Assembly: GCA_905181685.1 (NCBI GenBank)
Contig: CAJIYK010000004.1
Span: forward strand, 57,337 to 121,336
DNA length: 64,000 nucleotides
Direction of reading: 5' to 3'
Source of the DNA: Methylophilales bacterium BACL14 MAG-120910-bin43
GTDB lineage: Bacteria > Pseudomonadota > Gammaproteobacteria > Burkholderiales > Methylophilaceae
The notes beneath the pieces are model-generated. The model did no database searches, was not told the DNA's origin, and saw only the letters and a list, made by a program, of their open reading frames with translations. Of this stretch, positions 55,007-64,000 are shown piece by piece; positions within the stretch are counted from its first letter, which is position 1, and each line of letters begins with the position of its first letter. The position numbers and the translations under genes were made by a program.

Positions 55007-56859
55007 TTCATAAGGTCGATCATTTTGCTTTCTAAATCAAGTGTAAATTTTTTCGGTTTGAATAGGTTGCTCGTTTTATTTAAGTCTAATATCTTTCTTT
55101 TTAGAGAAATAATTTTATCTGGCTGAGAAGCTAATTCAATTGCCTTTTTTTCATATTCTTCAAATGAGGAAACGACTAATTCTGAGCAGCCGATTTCGGT
55201 GAGAATGCTCCCGGCAACCCTGCTAGCAAAAGTTTCACCTGAGACTGAAATGATGGGACATCCAGCCCATAAGGCGTCACTAGCAGATGTGTGAGCATTG
55301 TAGGGGAATGTGTCAAGAAAGAGATCTATGATTTGATGCCTTTGTATGTGAGCGTCGAAGCTAACTTTCTTGGCAAAATTTATTCTTTCTGGTTGTATTC
55401 CAAATTCATTTTTAGCAAAGCTTTTTAGATTGCTTTCGCAAGTTTTATTTGATGTTAACAACCATAAGACGGAATTGGGGACCTTTTGCATTAACCGCAT
55501 CCATAATGAAAACATTTCTTTTGTAATCTTAAGTGACTGCCCAAATGAGGCAAAGATAAAATCATTTTCCTTAAAGCCATAATCTAATTTCTTAACAGAT
55601 CTTAGGATAGGTCTAGAAGATATATTAGGTTGATAACAACCTTCTAAATAGATAACTTTCTCAGCGTATTCGCTTTTTTTAGATTTTGGAATAACATATT
55701 CATCCGCAAGAATGAGATCGTAAAGTGGTTTTTTATCTAAACCACCCATGGTACCTGGGTAACCGAGCCAATTTATATGGTGTGTTGCTGGCCTTAATGC
55801 CGCAATAAATGATCGACTATTTTGTGTAAAACCTGTCAGATCAACCATAATATCAACGTTTTCCTTGACCATTAATCCTGACACTTTTTCATCACTCATC
55901 TCTGTAATATTGAAATATGCATCACCAATGTTTTTAAATTCATCGAGCTCATCTGAACCATCGTCAGGCCCTGAGTAAAAAAGCTTAACGTTAAATTTAT
56001 TTCGATCATGATTGATCAAAACTTCTTTAATTAGATAATATAGAGGGTGCAACCTAAAATCTGATGAAAGATATCCGATAGTAATTTTGCCCGACTTTTT
56101 TTGTTTAGGCTTTTGTAAAATATTTATTCCAGATTGCTTTACCCATGAGTTTGCTACATTTAAGTGATTGCTATTTGAAAGATTTGGCATCGAAAATAAG
56201 GCGAAGGGTGAAATTTTTCCCTTATTTGTTTTTCTGTTAATTTTTTTATTTGCGAGAACATTTCTTCAATACCATCCCAAGAACATATGCTTTGTTTGAG
56301 ATGAACCAATTGGATGAATGTGTGTATCAAGTCAGGATTGATTAAAAGAGCTTTTTCATAAGCGCTAATTGCTTCTTCTGTCTTTAATATTCTTTGGAGT
56401 GCGATTACCTAAATTGTTATAGGTATTTGGGTCAGCTTTAATTTTAAGTGATAAGTTGTATGCCTTAATTGCCTCATCATATTTATTTTGATGAAATAGG
56501 GCGTTTCCGAAGTTGAATAGTGTAGTTGAATTATTTGTATCGTAACTAAGCGCCTCTTCAAATGCACTCGCAGCCAGTTTAAATTCTCTATTAACAAAGT
56601 AGCTATTTCCAATCTTGTTGAGACAAAAGCTTAATGCATCAATCACATGAAGGTTGTCTTTTAATACATGGTGACTTCTTCTAAAAAAACCAGCCGCCTC
56701 CTCATATTCCTCAATGATTGCATATAAGTTTCCAATTTCGATTTGTAAGAAAATATTTCTTGAATCTTCTCGCCAAGCAATTTTATAAAGACCAATCGCA
56801 CCTAAGATATCACCATCTTTTTCTTTTGCTTTTGCTGCTGAAATTAGTTTGTTTGTCAT
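55003..56859 (-). CDS. TPR-containing GT41 O-GlcNAc-transferase-like protein; frameshifts near 56240 and 56400
   Basis: N-terminal TPRs (FNFGNAL, YNNLGN). Catalytic motifs IGYLSSDFRLHP, VDLTGFT, WLGYPGT, DLFLDTFPYNAHTSASDALWAG, FASRVAGS. Confidence 0.9.
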
Positions 56860-58047
56860 ATTGAGTTTGTTAACATTTTTTTTCTAAGACCCATTTTCTT
56901 TATTCTGTTTCTGCAAGGGTTGAGATAGTTTAAAAGATCTTCTTCAATAGATGTCTGTGATCCGCCTATCAGTGAGGCTAAGCATTTTGATATAAATGGC
57001 GCTAATGTATAACCTCTGGATCCATAGCCAGCGTTTATAAAAAGATTTGGATGCCATTTTAAGTCTTGAATTGAACGTGGCTTGTTACAAATCATCTTTG
57101 ATTCATCAAGAAGTTGACCTACATAAGGTGTACGATCTGGGGTAACTGCTCTCCACCCAACCCATCCTGCAATAGCTATGTCATTTTTTTCTATCCTATC
57201 TCCTGAAAGTTTTGATAGGTTTTTAAATTTTTATCAAAATCAGTCATTGATAAATTTTTATTTTCATTGTCTCTATCATATGTCGAGCCAAAAACATCAA
57301 ATCCACTAACATCAGGTATGAGATAGCCGCTATCCGAAATAATTTCCTTACTGCCATATTTTTTTTTGCTTGGAAGCCAGTTAATTTGACCTCTATTTTT
57401 TTTTAAATCAATGTCTTTAAATAGACTTATCTCATTAAGCGCAAAAGAGTTACAAAGGATTAAATTTGATGCGGCATACTTATTTGAATCATCACAACTT
57501 GTTACCCACAGATTGTTTTTGTAAGAAATTTCTTTTGCTTTTTTTTTCGGAATAAATTTAATATTTTTATGGTTAATTAGGCTCGAACAGATTTTATTTG
57601 GTGATACCCAACCAGCATAGCTTGAAGAGGATGCCTGCTTTGTTTTTAATACCATATTTTTTTTTAATTAAATCTTTTGATAGGTACTTAAAATCAGCCT
57701 TCTTAAGACCAAGGCTTACAATTCTTTTCTATAAGCCTATCTGCCATATCATTCTCGTAAAGCTTAATTACACCCTCCATTAAGGCATCCTCTCTAGGAT
57801 AATTAAACTCCTTTGTAAGGTCATAGGCGTATTTTGCAGCCTTACTCATAAGTGAATTGTATTTTGGATTATTCAGCATAAAGTGAGGAGAGATCATCGC
57901 AGCTTTATTTTGAAAAATTTCGATCTCATGTTGATTATTTTCATCTAGAAGAGTGACTTGATAGTTTCGCTTTGCAAGTTGATAAGCTAAGCTCGAACCT
58001 GCAATACCTGCACCTATAATAAGAGCAGTTTTATCTGGATTGATCAT
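56856..58047 (-). CDS. FAD-dependent oxidoreductase resembling the MnmC C-terminal domain; multiple frameshifts
   Basis: IIGAGIAGSSLAYQLAKR, AGWVSP, RGQI, FGSTYDR, WRAVTPDRTP, GYGSRGYTLAP. Confidence 0.75.
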
Positions 58048-59237
58048 ATAGTATTTCTAAAGCCTGGCTTGGTAATATGTAAATGAATATCACTTATTAC
58101 TTTTTCCTCAAAGCCTCCTTCGCAATATGCAAAATAAAATAACCACATCCTTATGAATTGTTCATCAAACCCGAGCCTTCTGATCTCCAGTTTGTTTTTT
58201 AAGAACTTCTTCCTCCAATCAGCCAAGGTTCTGGCATAGTGATGGCCAATATCTTCGATATCATTAATCACAAGATCGGTTACATTTGTTAAGCTATTTT
58301 GAATTGCTGTAATTGAAGGTATGCAGCTACCTGGAAAAATATATTTTTGAATAAAATCAACTGATTTGGTAGCTTTAAAGTATCTTTGATCTTTAATTGT
58401 AATTGCTTGAATGAGCGCATCACCATCATCCTTCAGAAGTTGGCTGATACTTTTAAAGTACTCATCGTAGAATTGATAGCCAACAGCCTCAATCATTTCA
58501 ATGGAGACAAGCTTGTCATATCGTCCTTTTAGTAAACGGTAATCTTTCAATAAAACCTTTATTTCCCCACCCAGGCCAGCCTCTTTAACTCTATGTTTTG
58601 CAAGTTTGTATTGCTCGATTGATATCGTGGTTGTCGTAACCTTGCACCCATAATTTTTAGCTGCATATATTGCGAAGCCTCCCCAGCCAGTACCAATTTC
58701 AAGAACATGATCTGTTTTTTTAAGGTTTAATTTTTTACAAATCACATCTAGCTTATGAATTGCTGCGTGCTCAAGGCTCGTTTTCCTTGTCTTATAAATC
58801 GCCGATGAATACATCATATTTTTATCAAGGAACAAACTAAAAAAATCATTACTTAAATCGTAATGACGAGCAATATTCTTCTTACTTCCCTTGACTGAAT
58901 TTTCATTGAGTTTATGGATGATTTTTAAGAAGGGTTGAGATAGCAGAGTAAAAAAATTTTCAAGTTTATCTTGGGCTTCAATATTTTTTGCAAGCACCCT
59001 AATGACATTTGTCAGGTTTGGACTTCTCCATTCACCCCTAATAAAGGATTCACTTGCCCCAATCGTTCCACCAAAAATGATGTTTTTATAAAAGGCGCTG
59101 TCTAAAACCTCAATTTTTGCTGACAATTTGTCAGATTTGCCATATTGCTTTGTTACTTTTCCATCTTTGATCTTGATGTGCGCATCTTTAATCTGACTCA
59201 GTCTTTGATGGATTAATTTTTTATATAAATGATTCAT
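58044..59237 (-). CDS. Cyclopropane-fatty-acyl-phospholipid synthase family methyltransferase (Cfa/UfaM-like)
   Basis: NIARHYDLSNDFF, MMYSSA, VLEIGTGWGG, SIEMIEAVG, FIQKYIFPG, YFAYCEGGF. Confidence 0.93.
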   Translation of the reverse strand: MNHLYKKLIHQRLSQIKDAHIKIKDGKVTKQYGKSDKLSAKIEVLDSAFYKNIIFGGTIGASESFIRGEWRSPNLTNVIRVLAKNIEAQDKLENFFTLLSQPFLKIIHKLNENSVKGSKKNIARHYDLSNDFFSLFLDKNMMYSSAIYKTRKTSLEHAAIHKLDVICKKLNLKKTDHVLEIGTGWGGFAIYAAKNYGCKVTTTTISIEQYKLAKHRVKEAGLGGEIKVLLKDYRLLKGRYDKLVSIEMIEAVGYQFYDEYFKSISQLLKDDGDALIQAITIKDQRYFKATKSVDFIQKYIFPGSCIPSITAIQNSLTNVTDLVINDIEDIGHHYARTLADWRKKFLKNKLEIRRLGFDEQFIRMWLFYFAYCEGGFEEKVISDIHLHITKPGFRNTI

Positions 59238-59238
59238 G

Positions 59239-59970
59239 TTAAGGGTGCGGATAAAATCTTACTTTCTTTAGGTATAATATTAACGCATTCCAATAGATAC
59301 TTACAATTGCTTTGATGCTCATTGGGAATGATAAAAATAATAGCTTATTAAGGGCATAAGCGCTCCATGCCTTGTTAGTCATTTTTAATGTCGCGTTAAA
59401 ATATTTTTCTTTATTTTTCGAGCACTCCATAGATATAAATAAAAAATCTCTCGGTTCAGTAAACTTCCACTTGTATTTTAAATTCATAGGAAGGAATGGT
59501 GAAACATGAAAGTCTTTTTTAAATTCAAATATTTTTGTCCCACCCCTTAATTTCCGACAATCATGGATATAGGCATGTCTCTCTTCCCAAGGTGTATTTG
59601 TGATGTGAGACACAATAGCGACCAATTGTTTTTTTTTGTCATAGCAATAGTAGAAGCTGACTGGGTTAAAGCAATACCCAAAATACCTTAGTGTGGTAAG
59701 TAGAAAAATTTTACCTTCTACTTTGACGTTTAATTCTTTAGTGACTAATTTTCTTATCTCACTTTTAAGTGATTTTTTAGAATCTCCAAAAAAATCTTTT
59801 CTATAAAAAGACGCTAAATTAAAATGCTCGTAACCCCAAAAAAAATTTTGATTAAATGCGCTTTTTATATTATCAAGATCAAGAAATAACATGGAAGTAG
59901 AATAGGTAAAAGAATGCAGCGCATCTTTTTTTCTTGAGTGTGAAATCGTACCTTTGTAGATTGAATGCAT
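59239..59970 (-). CDS. DUF1365 family protein (UfaO-like)
   Basis: IYKGTISHSR, FNPVSFYYC, NTPWEERH, KDFHVSPF, IYWNA, FYPHP. Confidence 0.88.
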   Translation of the reverse strand: MHSIYKGTISHSRKKDALHSFTYSTSMLFLDLDNIKSAFNQNFFWGYEHFNLASFYRKDFFGDSKKSLKSEIRKLVTKELNVKVEGKIFLLTTLRYFGYCFNPVSFYYCYDKKKQLVAIVSHITNTPWEERHAYIHDCRKLRGGTKIFEFKKDFHVSPFLPMNLKYKWKFTEPRDFLFISMECSKNKEKYFNATLKMTNKAWSAYALNKLLFLSFPMSIKAIVSIYWNALILYLKKVRFYPHP

Positions 59971-59974
59971 TAGA

Positions 59975-61210
59975 TTACTTGATGACAGCTTCAAATAATT
60001 TTACTGCTTCGTAAGCACTTTTAACCCCATCTTCATGAAAACCCTTTCCCCAGTATGCACCTGAGTAAAAAGTTCGATTCTTACCTGAAATGATTTTATT
60101 CTTCAGCTGAGCGCTGACGCTGTATTTCGAAAACTTCGGGTGAGTGTATTGTAATTTTTTGATTACTTTACCTTTTGAGATAGGTAGCTTTGGATTTAAG
60201 GTGACCAAGAGCGGCTCTTTAGTTTTAATATTTTGTAAAATATTCATATTATAGGTAAGTGTAATGGGTGAATCATCTGGGCTATCTATATTATAGTTCC
60301 AAGCGGCCCAAGATAGCTTTTTTTGAGGCATGATGCTGCTATCGGTGTGAAGTATGATGTCATTTTTTTGGTATGGCAACGCACTTAATATTTTAACCTC
60401 ATCGGCAGTAGGTTTTTTTAAAATCTCAAGCGCCTCATCGCTATGACACGCAAAAAAGACATAATCAAACTTTTCTTTGCTTTTATTATCCTCGATTACA
60501 ACATAACTTTTATATCGGACTATATTCTTAATCTTACTATTCAATCTAATTTTATTTTTAAAGCCACTGGTTAATTTTTTGACATACTCCTGGGAGCCAC
60601 CCTTAATTGTTAACCATTGAGGCCGATTAGTGACTGAAAGCATTCCATGATTTTTAAAGAAATCAATAAAAAAATGTGCAGGAAAATTCAGGATGGTCTT
60701 TATATCTGATGACCATATTGCTGCCCCCATGGGAAGAATATAGTTTTTGCAGAAATAAGTAGAGTAATTGTTATTTTTTAAGTATTGCTTGAGTAGAATG
60801 GTTTTTGATTTTAGCTTAATAGACTCTTTGTTAAATCTAAGAATCTCGAATATCATTTTTAGAAATTTCGGATTTAGTAAATTTCTTCTTTGAGAGAATA
60901 AGCTATTGAGCGAAGTGCCATTGTATTCAAAATTATTTTCTTTTGAAAAAACACTAAAACTCATATTACTATTTTCGTATTTCACGCCGAGGTTATTAAG
61001 TAATGACGTAAACAAGGGATAAGTTTTTTTGTTAAATACAATGAATCCGGTATCAACATTTACTTTTTTATTGTTTATGACAATTTCATGCGTGTGGGAG
61101 TGACCGCCGATTCGTTTATCTTTCTCGTAAAGAGTTACATCGTGATTTTTATTCAGTAGGTAGGCAAGGGTGTTACCTGATATACCTGAGCCAATCACTG
61201 CAACTTTCAT
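59975..61210 (-). CDS. FAD-dependent oxidoreductase (UfaD-like)
   Basis: VIGSGISG, GGHSHT, VDTGFIVFN, PMGAAIWS, WAAWNY, GFHEDG. Confidence 0.88.
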   Translation of the reverse strand: MKVAVIGSGISGNTLAYLLNKNHDVTLYEKDKRIGGHSHTHEIVINNKKVNVDTGFIVFNKKTYPLFTSLLNNLGVKYENSNMSFSVFSKENNFEYNGTSLNSLFSQRRNLLNPKFLKMIFEILRFNKESIKLKSKTILLKQYLKNNNYSTYFCKNYILPMGAAIWSSDIKTILNFPAHFFIDFFKNHGMLSVTNRPQWLTIKGGSQEYVKKLTSGFKNKIRLNSKIKNIVRYKSYVVIEDNKSKEKFDYVFFACHSDEALEILKKPTADEVKILSALPYQKNDIILHTDSSIMPQKKLSWAAWNYNIDSPDDSPITLTYNMNILQNIKTKEPLLVTLNPKLPISKGKVIKKLQYTHPKFSKYSVSAQLKNKIISGKNRTFYSGAYWGKGFHEDGVKSAYEAVKLFEAVIK

Positions 61211-61222
61211 CGATTAGCGAGT

Positions 61223-62158
61223 CTACTTTGGATTTATCTTATTAGATTCGCGAATGGCAGGGGAGACTTTTCTGATATCCCATATCAAACCAAAAAAAGA
61301 CATAATTTTTAAAATGTAATAAGTAATATCTATTTCCCACCAATAAAAACCCTGGTTGGCTGAGCCTGGAAAATGATGATGGTTGTTATGCCAACCTTCA
61401 CCAAAGGTTAAAAATGCAATAAACATATTATTCTTACTTGAGTCCTTTGTTTTATATCGTCTTTTTCCCCAAATATGGGCAACTGAGTTGACTAAGAAGG
61501 TTGTGTGATAAAGCAATACGGTTGATAATACGAAGCCCCAAATGACAAGCTGCCATCCATTTGTCAACAGTTGTGGGTGTTTTGTTCCTAAGTGCTGGCC
61601 TAAATAGAAGAGACCGATACAAGTCAAAATTGGAACTAGTATATCGAACCGATCTATAACCCTTAACTCAGGAAATCTCATCAATTCTTTGACAAACTTT
61701 TGATGGGTTAAAAAGTTTGCTTTAGATAAAAACCACCCCATGTGACTCCAAAAAAAACCATGAGACTTTGGTGAATGTTTGTCTTGTTCGGTATCTGAAT
61801 GCACATGATGTCCACGATGATGGGCAGCCCACCAGATAGGGCCTCGCTGAACAGCCGATGCTCCAATGACCGCAAAAACAAATTGCATTATTCGACTTGT
61901 TTTAAAGGCTTTGTGAGAGAAATAACGGTGATAAAATCCTGTGATAGCGAACATCCTAATGCTGTACATCAATAAAAATACTAAAAGGGCTGTGTAGCTA
62001 AAGCCCACTAGGAAAACTGTAAAGATGGCTAAATGAATCAATATAAAAGGAATTACTCTTAACCAATCGACTTCATATTCTTTTAAAATTGATTTTTGAT
62101 ACTTATTCTCAACAATGCTGTTGTCAAAAATACCTAGAAAATAATTCAGAAGCTTCAT
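61223..62158 (-). CDS. Membrane fatty-acid (delta-9-like) desaturase
   Basis: His boxes HRYFSH, HRGHH, GEGWHNNHH. Confidence 0.92.
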   Translation of the reverse strand: MKLLNYFLGIFDNSIVENKYQKSILKEYEVDWLRVIPFILIHLAIFTVFLVGFSYTALLVFLLMYSIRMFAITGFYHRYFSHKAFKTSRIMQFVFAVIGASAVQRGPIWWAAHHRGHHVHSDTEQDKHSPKSHGFFWSHMGWFLSKANFLTHQKFVKELMRFPELRVIDRFDILVPILTCIGLFYLGQHLGTKHPQLLTNGWQLVIWGFVLSTVLLYHTTFLVNSVAHIWGKRRYKTKDSSKNNMFIAFLTFGEGWHNNHHHFPGSANQGFYWWEIDITYYILKIMSFFGLIWDIRKVSPAIRESNKINPK

Positions 62159-62670
62159 TCTTGTTCAATTTCTCTATAGTTATCGAGGCTATAACCCATG
62201 CCCTCAATCATATCTCTAAATTTAATCATCTGGTCGTGGGGGAGGGTCTTGGTTCTTGCCATTAACCACACGTAATCTAATTTATCTCTAGCGACGATTG
62301 TTATTTTGTAATCTTTGTCTAGGTAAGCGATTTTGTATTGAGCTTTGATCGGCCATATAAATTGCATCCCCCAGATAGCATTATTTGTTCCTGGGATAAC
62401 AAAGCCTTTGGGGTGGTATGTCTTTACAGGACCATCTAGCGATCCCTCGTTAAATGTAAATGTTGTTGCTATAGATCCATCTTCATTTAATTTATAAGAC
62501 TCTACTGCGTTAAAAGCATTTTTTTCAACGTAGGAGGGTATGTGGGCAAGGACATACCAATCACCCATAAATCGATTGATATCGACCTCATCAACTGTTT
62601 TAATTTGTGTAGATTTCATAGCACAGCCAGTCAGAAGTAAAATTAAAAAAAAGTGTTTTATAACAGTCAT
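62155..62670 (-). CDS. Lipocalin lipoprotein (Blc-like)
   Basis: Lipobox LTGC, lipocalin motif FMGDWY, WLMAR. Confidence 0.88.
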   Translation of the reverse strand: MTVIKHFFLILLLTGCAMKSTQIKTVDEVDINRFMGDWYVLAHIPSYVEKNAFNAVESYKLNEDGSIATTFTFNEGSLDGPVKTYHPKGFVIPGTNNAIWGMQFIWPIKAQYKIAYLDKDYKITIVARDKLDYVWLMARTKTLPHDQMIKFRDMIEGMGYSLDNYREIEQE

Positions 62671-62706
62671 TAAAGTTTAATACTTAAAGTTAATTATTTT
62701 TTAAAT

Positions 62707-63465
62707 CTATCGTTTTCTAAACCAAGGAAAAAACATAGGTGTTTGTTTTATATATTCCGCATAACCCTGTCTTCTATCGACGATTGTGCTCTCTAATAGT
62801 TCCGCACCTGATACTTTTAATAATAGCAGACTCATTAGGATAGGGGATAGCAAAGTGAAAGAAAATATACTATTAAATGAAATTAGGTAAATACCCCACC
62901 AAACTAAAAATTCACCAAAATAATTAGGATGTCTTGAGTAACGCCAGAGACCCTGATTCATAACACTCCCTTTCTTACTTTTGAGGAAATTCGAGAGCTG
63001 CCAATCAGCAATAGACTCATAAGCAAGCCCAAAGAAGGCGAGTAGAAATCCAATTACGCTCAATGTGTTTATCGTTATATCGTTTATGAAAATAGGGATG
63101 ATCGATAGCATAAGGATGGATGCCATGAAGGCTTGAAGCCAAAAAATGATGTATAAACTTTTGTACTTAAATAGTGGCTCATTATTTTTTCTTATGACTT
63201 GGTATCTGCTATCCTCTGCTTTTCCCCAGTTTCTTTTAGTAAGGTAGGCGAATAACCTTAGAGACCACAAAAATATTAAACAGAAAAAAAGAGTCTGCAT
63301 CAGGTTTAATGGCAGTGTTTGAATGCATACAAATGTTCCTAATAGAGGAAATAGGGCCCACATACTATCGACATGAGTTACATTTTTTAAAAATAAGCTT
63401 AAAACCCAGCCTATAAAACCGAATACAAGGAAGTAAATGAGCGTTGTTGTATAGAGATCAAGCAT
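62707..63465 (-). CDS. DUF1295 family membrane protein (steroid 5-alpha-reductase-like)
   Basis: VDSMW, EDSRY, ADWQL, GLWRYSRHPNYFGE. Confidence 0.9.
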   Translation of the reverse strand: MLDLYTTTLIYFLVFGFIGWVLSLFLKNVTHVDSMWALFPLLGTFVCIQTLPLNLMQTLFFCLIFLWSLRLFAYLTKRNWGKAEDSRYQVIRKNNEPLFKYKSLYIIFWLQAFMASILMLSIIPIFINDITINTLSVIGFLLAFFGLAYESIADWQLSNFLKSKKGSVMNQGLWRYSRHPNYFGEFLVWWGIYLISFNSIFSFTLLSPILMSLLLLKVSGAELLESTIVDRRQGYAEYIKQTPMFFPWFRKR

Positions 63466-63970
63466 TTCTATTCAGTCTATTTGCAATAATTAACAAGACA
63501 GGAGTAATGAATGCCCATCCAATACTTAATATGATAATTGAGTTTGTACTTAGTAAAGTAATCGCACCTAATTTTTCTCCTGCAATGTAAGCTAATGGGC
63601 CACCTAAGGCACCAAAAAGAATAGATATATAAATTTTTTGTCTTAGCCAAGCTAGGCTGTGGTTTAGGGTCATCGCAAAAAACATCCAGAGCATCACAAT
63701 CCATATAGGGGTAAGGGGGTAAGGTAAACCCGGGTCGTTATAAATAATGAGGTCAAAATTTAATAGCGCACCATCAAATAAAAGCCCTATAAGGCCAGCA
63801 ATGATGATTAGTTTAAGCTCTAAAATCCGGTTTTTTATAAGAGCAAAATGTACCAATAAAATAACTATTGATAGCGTTAAGGCAAGATAAGTTTGGTTAT
63901 AGGAGGCACCTAAAACACCGATAAACCAGCCAGCCTGAAATAATACAAAATTTATTATTTTAAATATCAT
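63458..63970 (-). CDS. DUF2878 family membrane protein
   Basis: NFVLFQAGWF, PIWIVMLWMFF, LNHSLAWL, GGPLAYIAGEKLGA. Start chosen at the ATG at 63970; the frame stays open to the window edge. Confidence 0.8.
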   Translation of the reverse strand: MIFKIINFVLFQAGWFIGVLGASYNQTYLALTLSIVILLVHFALIKNRILELKLIIIAGLIGLLFDGALLNFDLIIYNDPGLPYPLTPIWIVMLWMFFAMTLNHSLAWLRQKIYISILFGALGGPLAYIAGEKLGAITLLSTNSIIILSIGWAFITPVLLIIANRLNRNA

Positions 63971-64000
63971 TTTTGAAACAGGTAGTGACCAACCCGCCAT

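Noticed and set aside
1-64000. CRISPR arrays, IS elements, prophage, rRNA, defence systems; remaining short antisense ORFs in the track
   Set aside because: No repeat-spacer periodicity, transposase, integrase, phage or rRNA signature was seen. The other 60-95 aa ORFs lie within well-supported genes and lack motifs.

Overview
AT-rich, gene-dense window with very short intergenic spacers, from a streamlined methylotrophic betaproteobacterium. The RuMP genes (tal, hxlA, hxlB), the tig-clpP-clpX-lon-tRNA-ppiD and rne-rluC-HAD-Rieske-sppA gene orders, and the rhodopsin/crt locus fit the OM43/Methylopumilus lineage of Methylophilaceae (inference from gene content, not from a search). Left to right it holds: a light-energy locus (blue-tuned proteorhodopsin, a xanthorhodopsin-like opsin lacking the retinal lysine, crtE-like prenyltransferase, divergent FeS photolyase); two RND efflux systems; ppsA/ppsR; RuMP genes; pabB; three tRNAs; protease/chaperone genes; fabI; a peptide ABC transporter; many housekeeping genes; a GT41 O-GlcNAc-transferase-like gene; a stand-alone MnmC oxidase domain; and a lipid-modification cluster resembling the furan-fatty-acid/singlet-oxygen genes. 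Many conserved genes are split by single-base indels, often in homopolymers. This looks like uncorrected long-read error, so they are called CDS and their ends are approximate. No IS element, prophage, CRISPR array or rRNA was seen. The best candidate for an uncharacterised system is the intact opsin lacking both the Schiff-base Lys and the counterion Asp, which sits behind a terminator at the head of the carotenoid genes. Also notable: mutL and hupB are absent from their usual loci, and rnhA-dnaQ appear fused.
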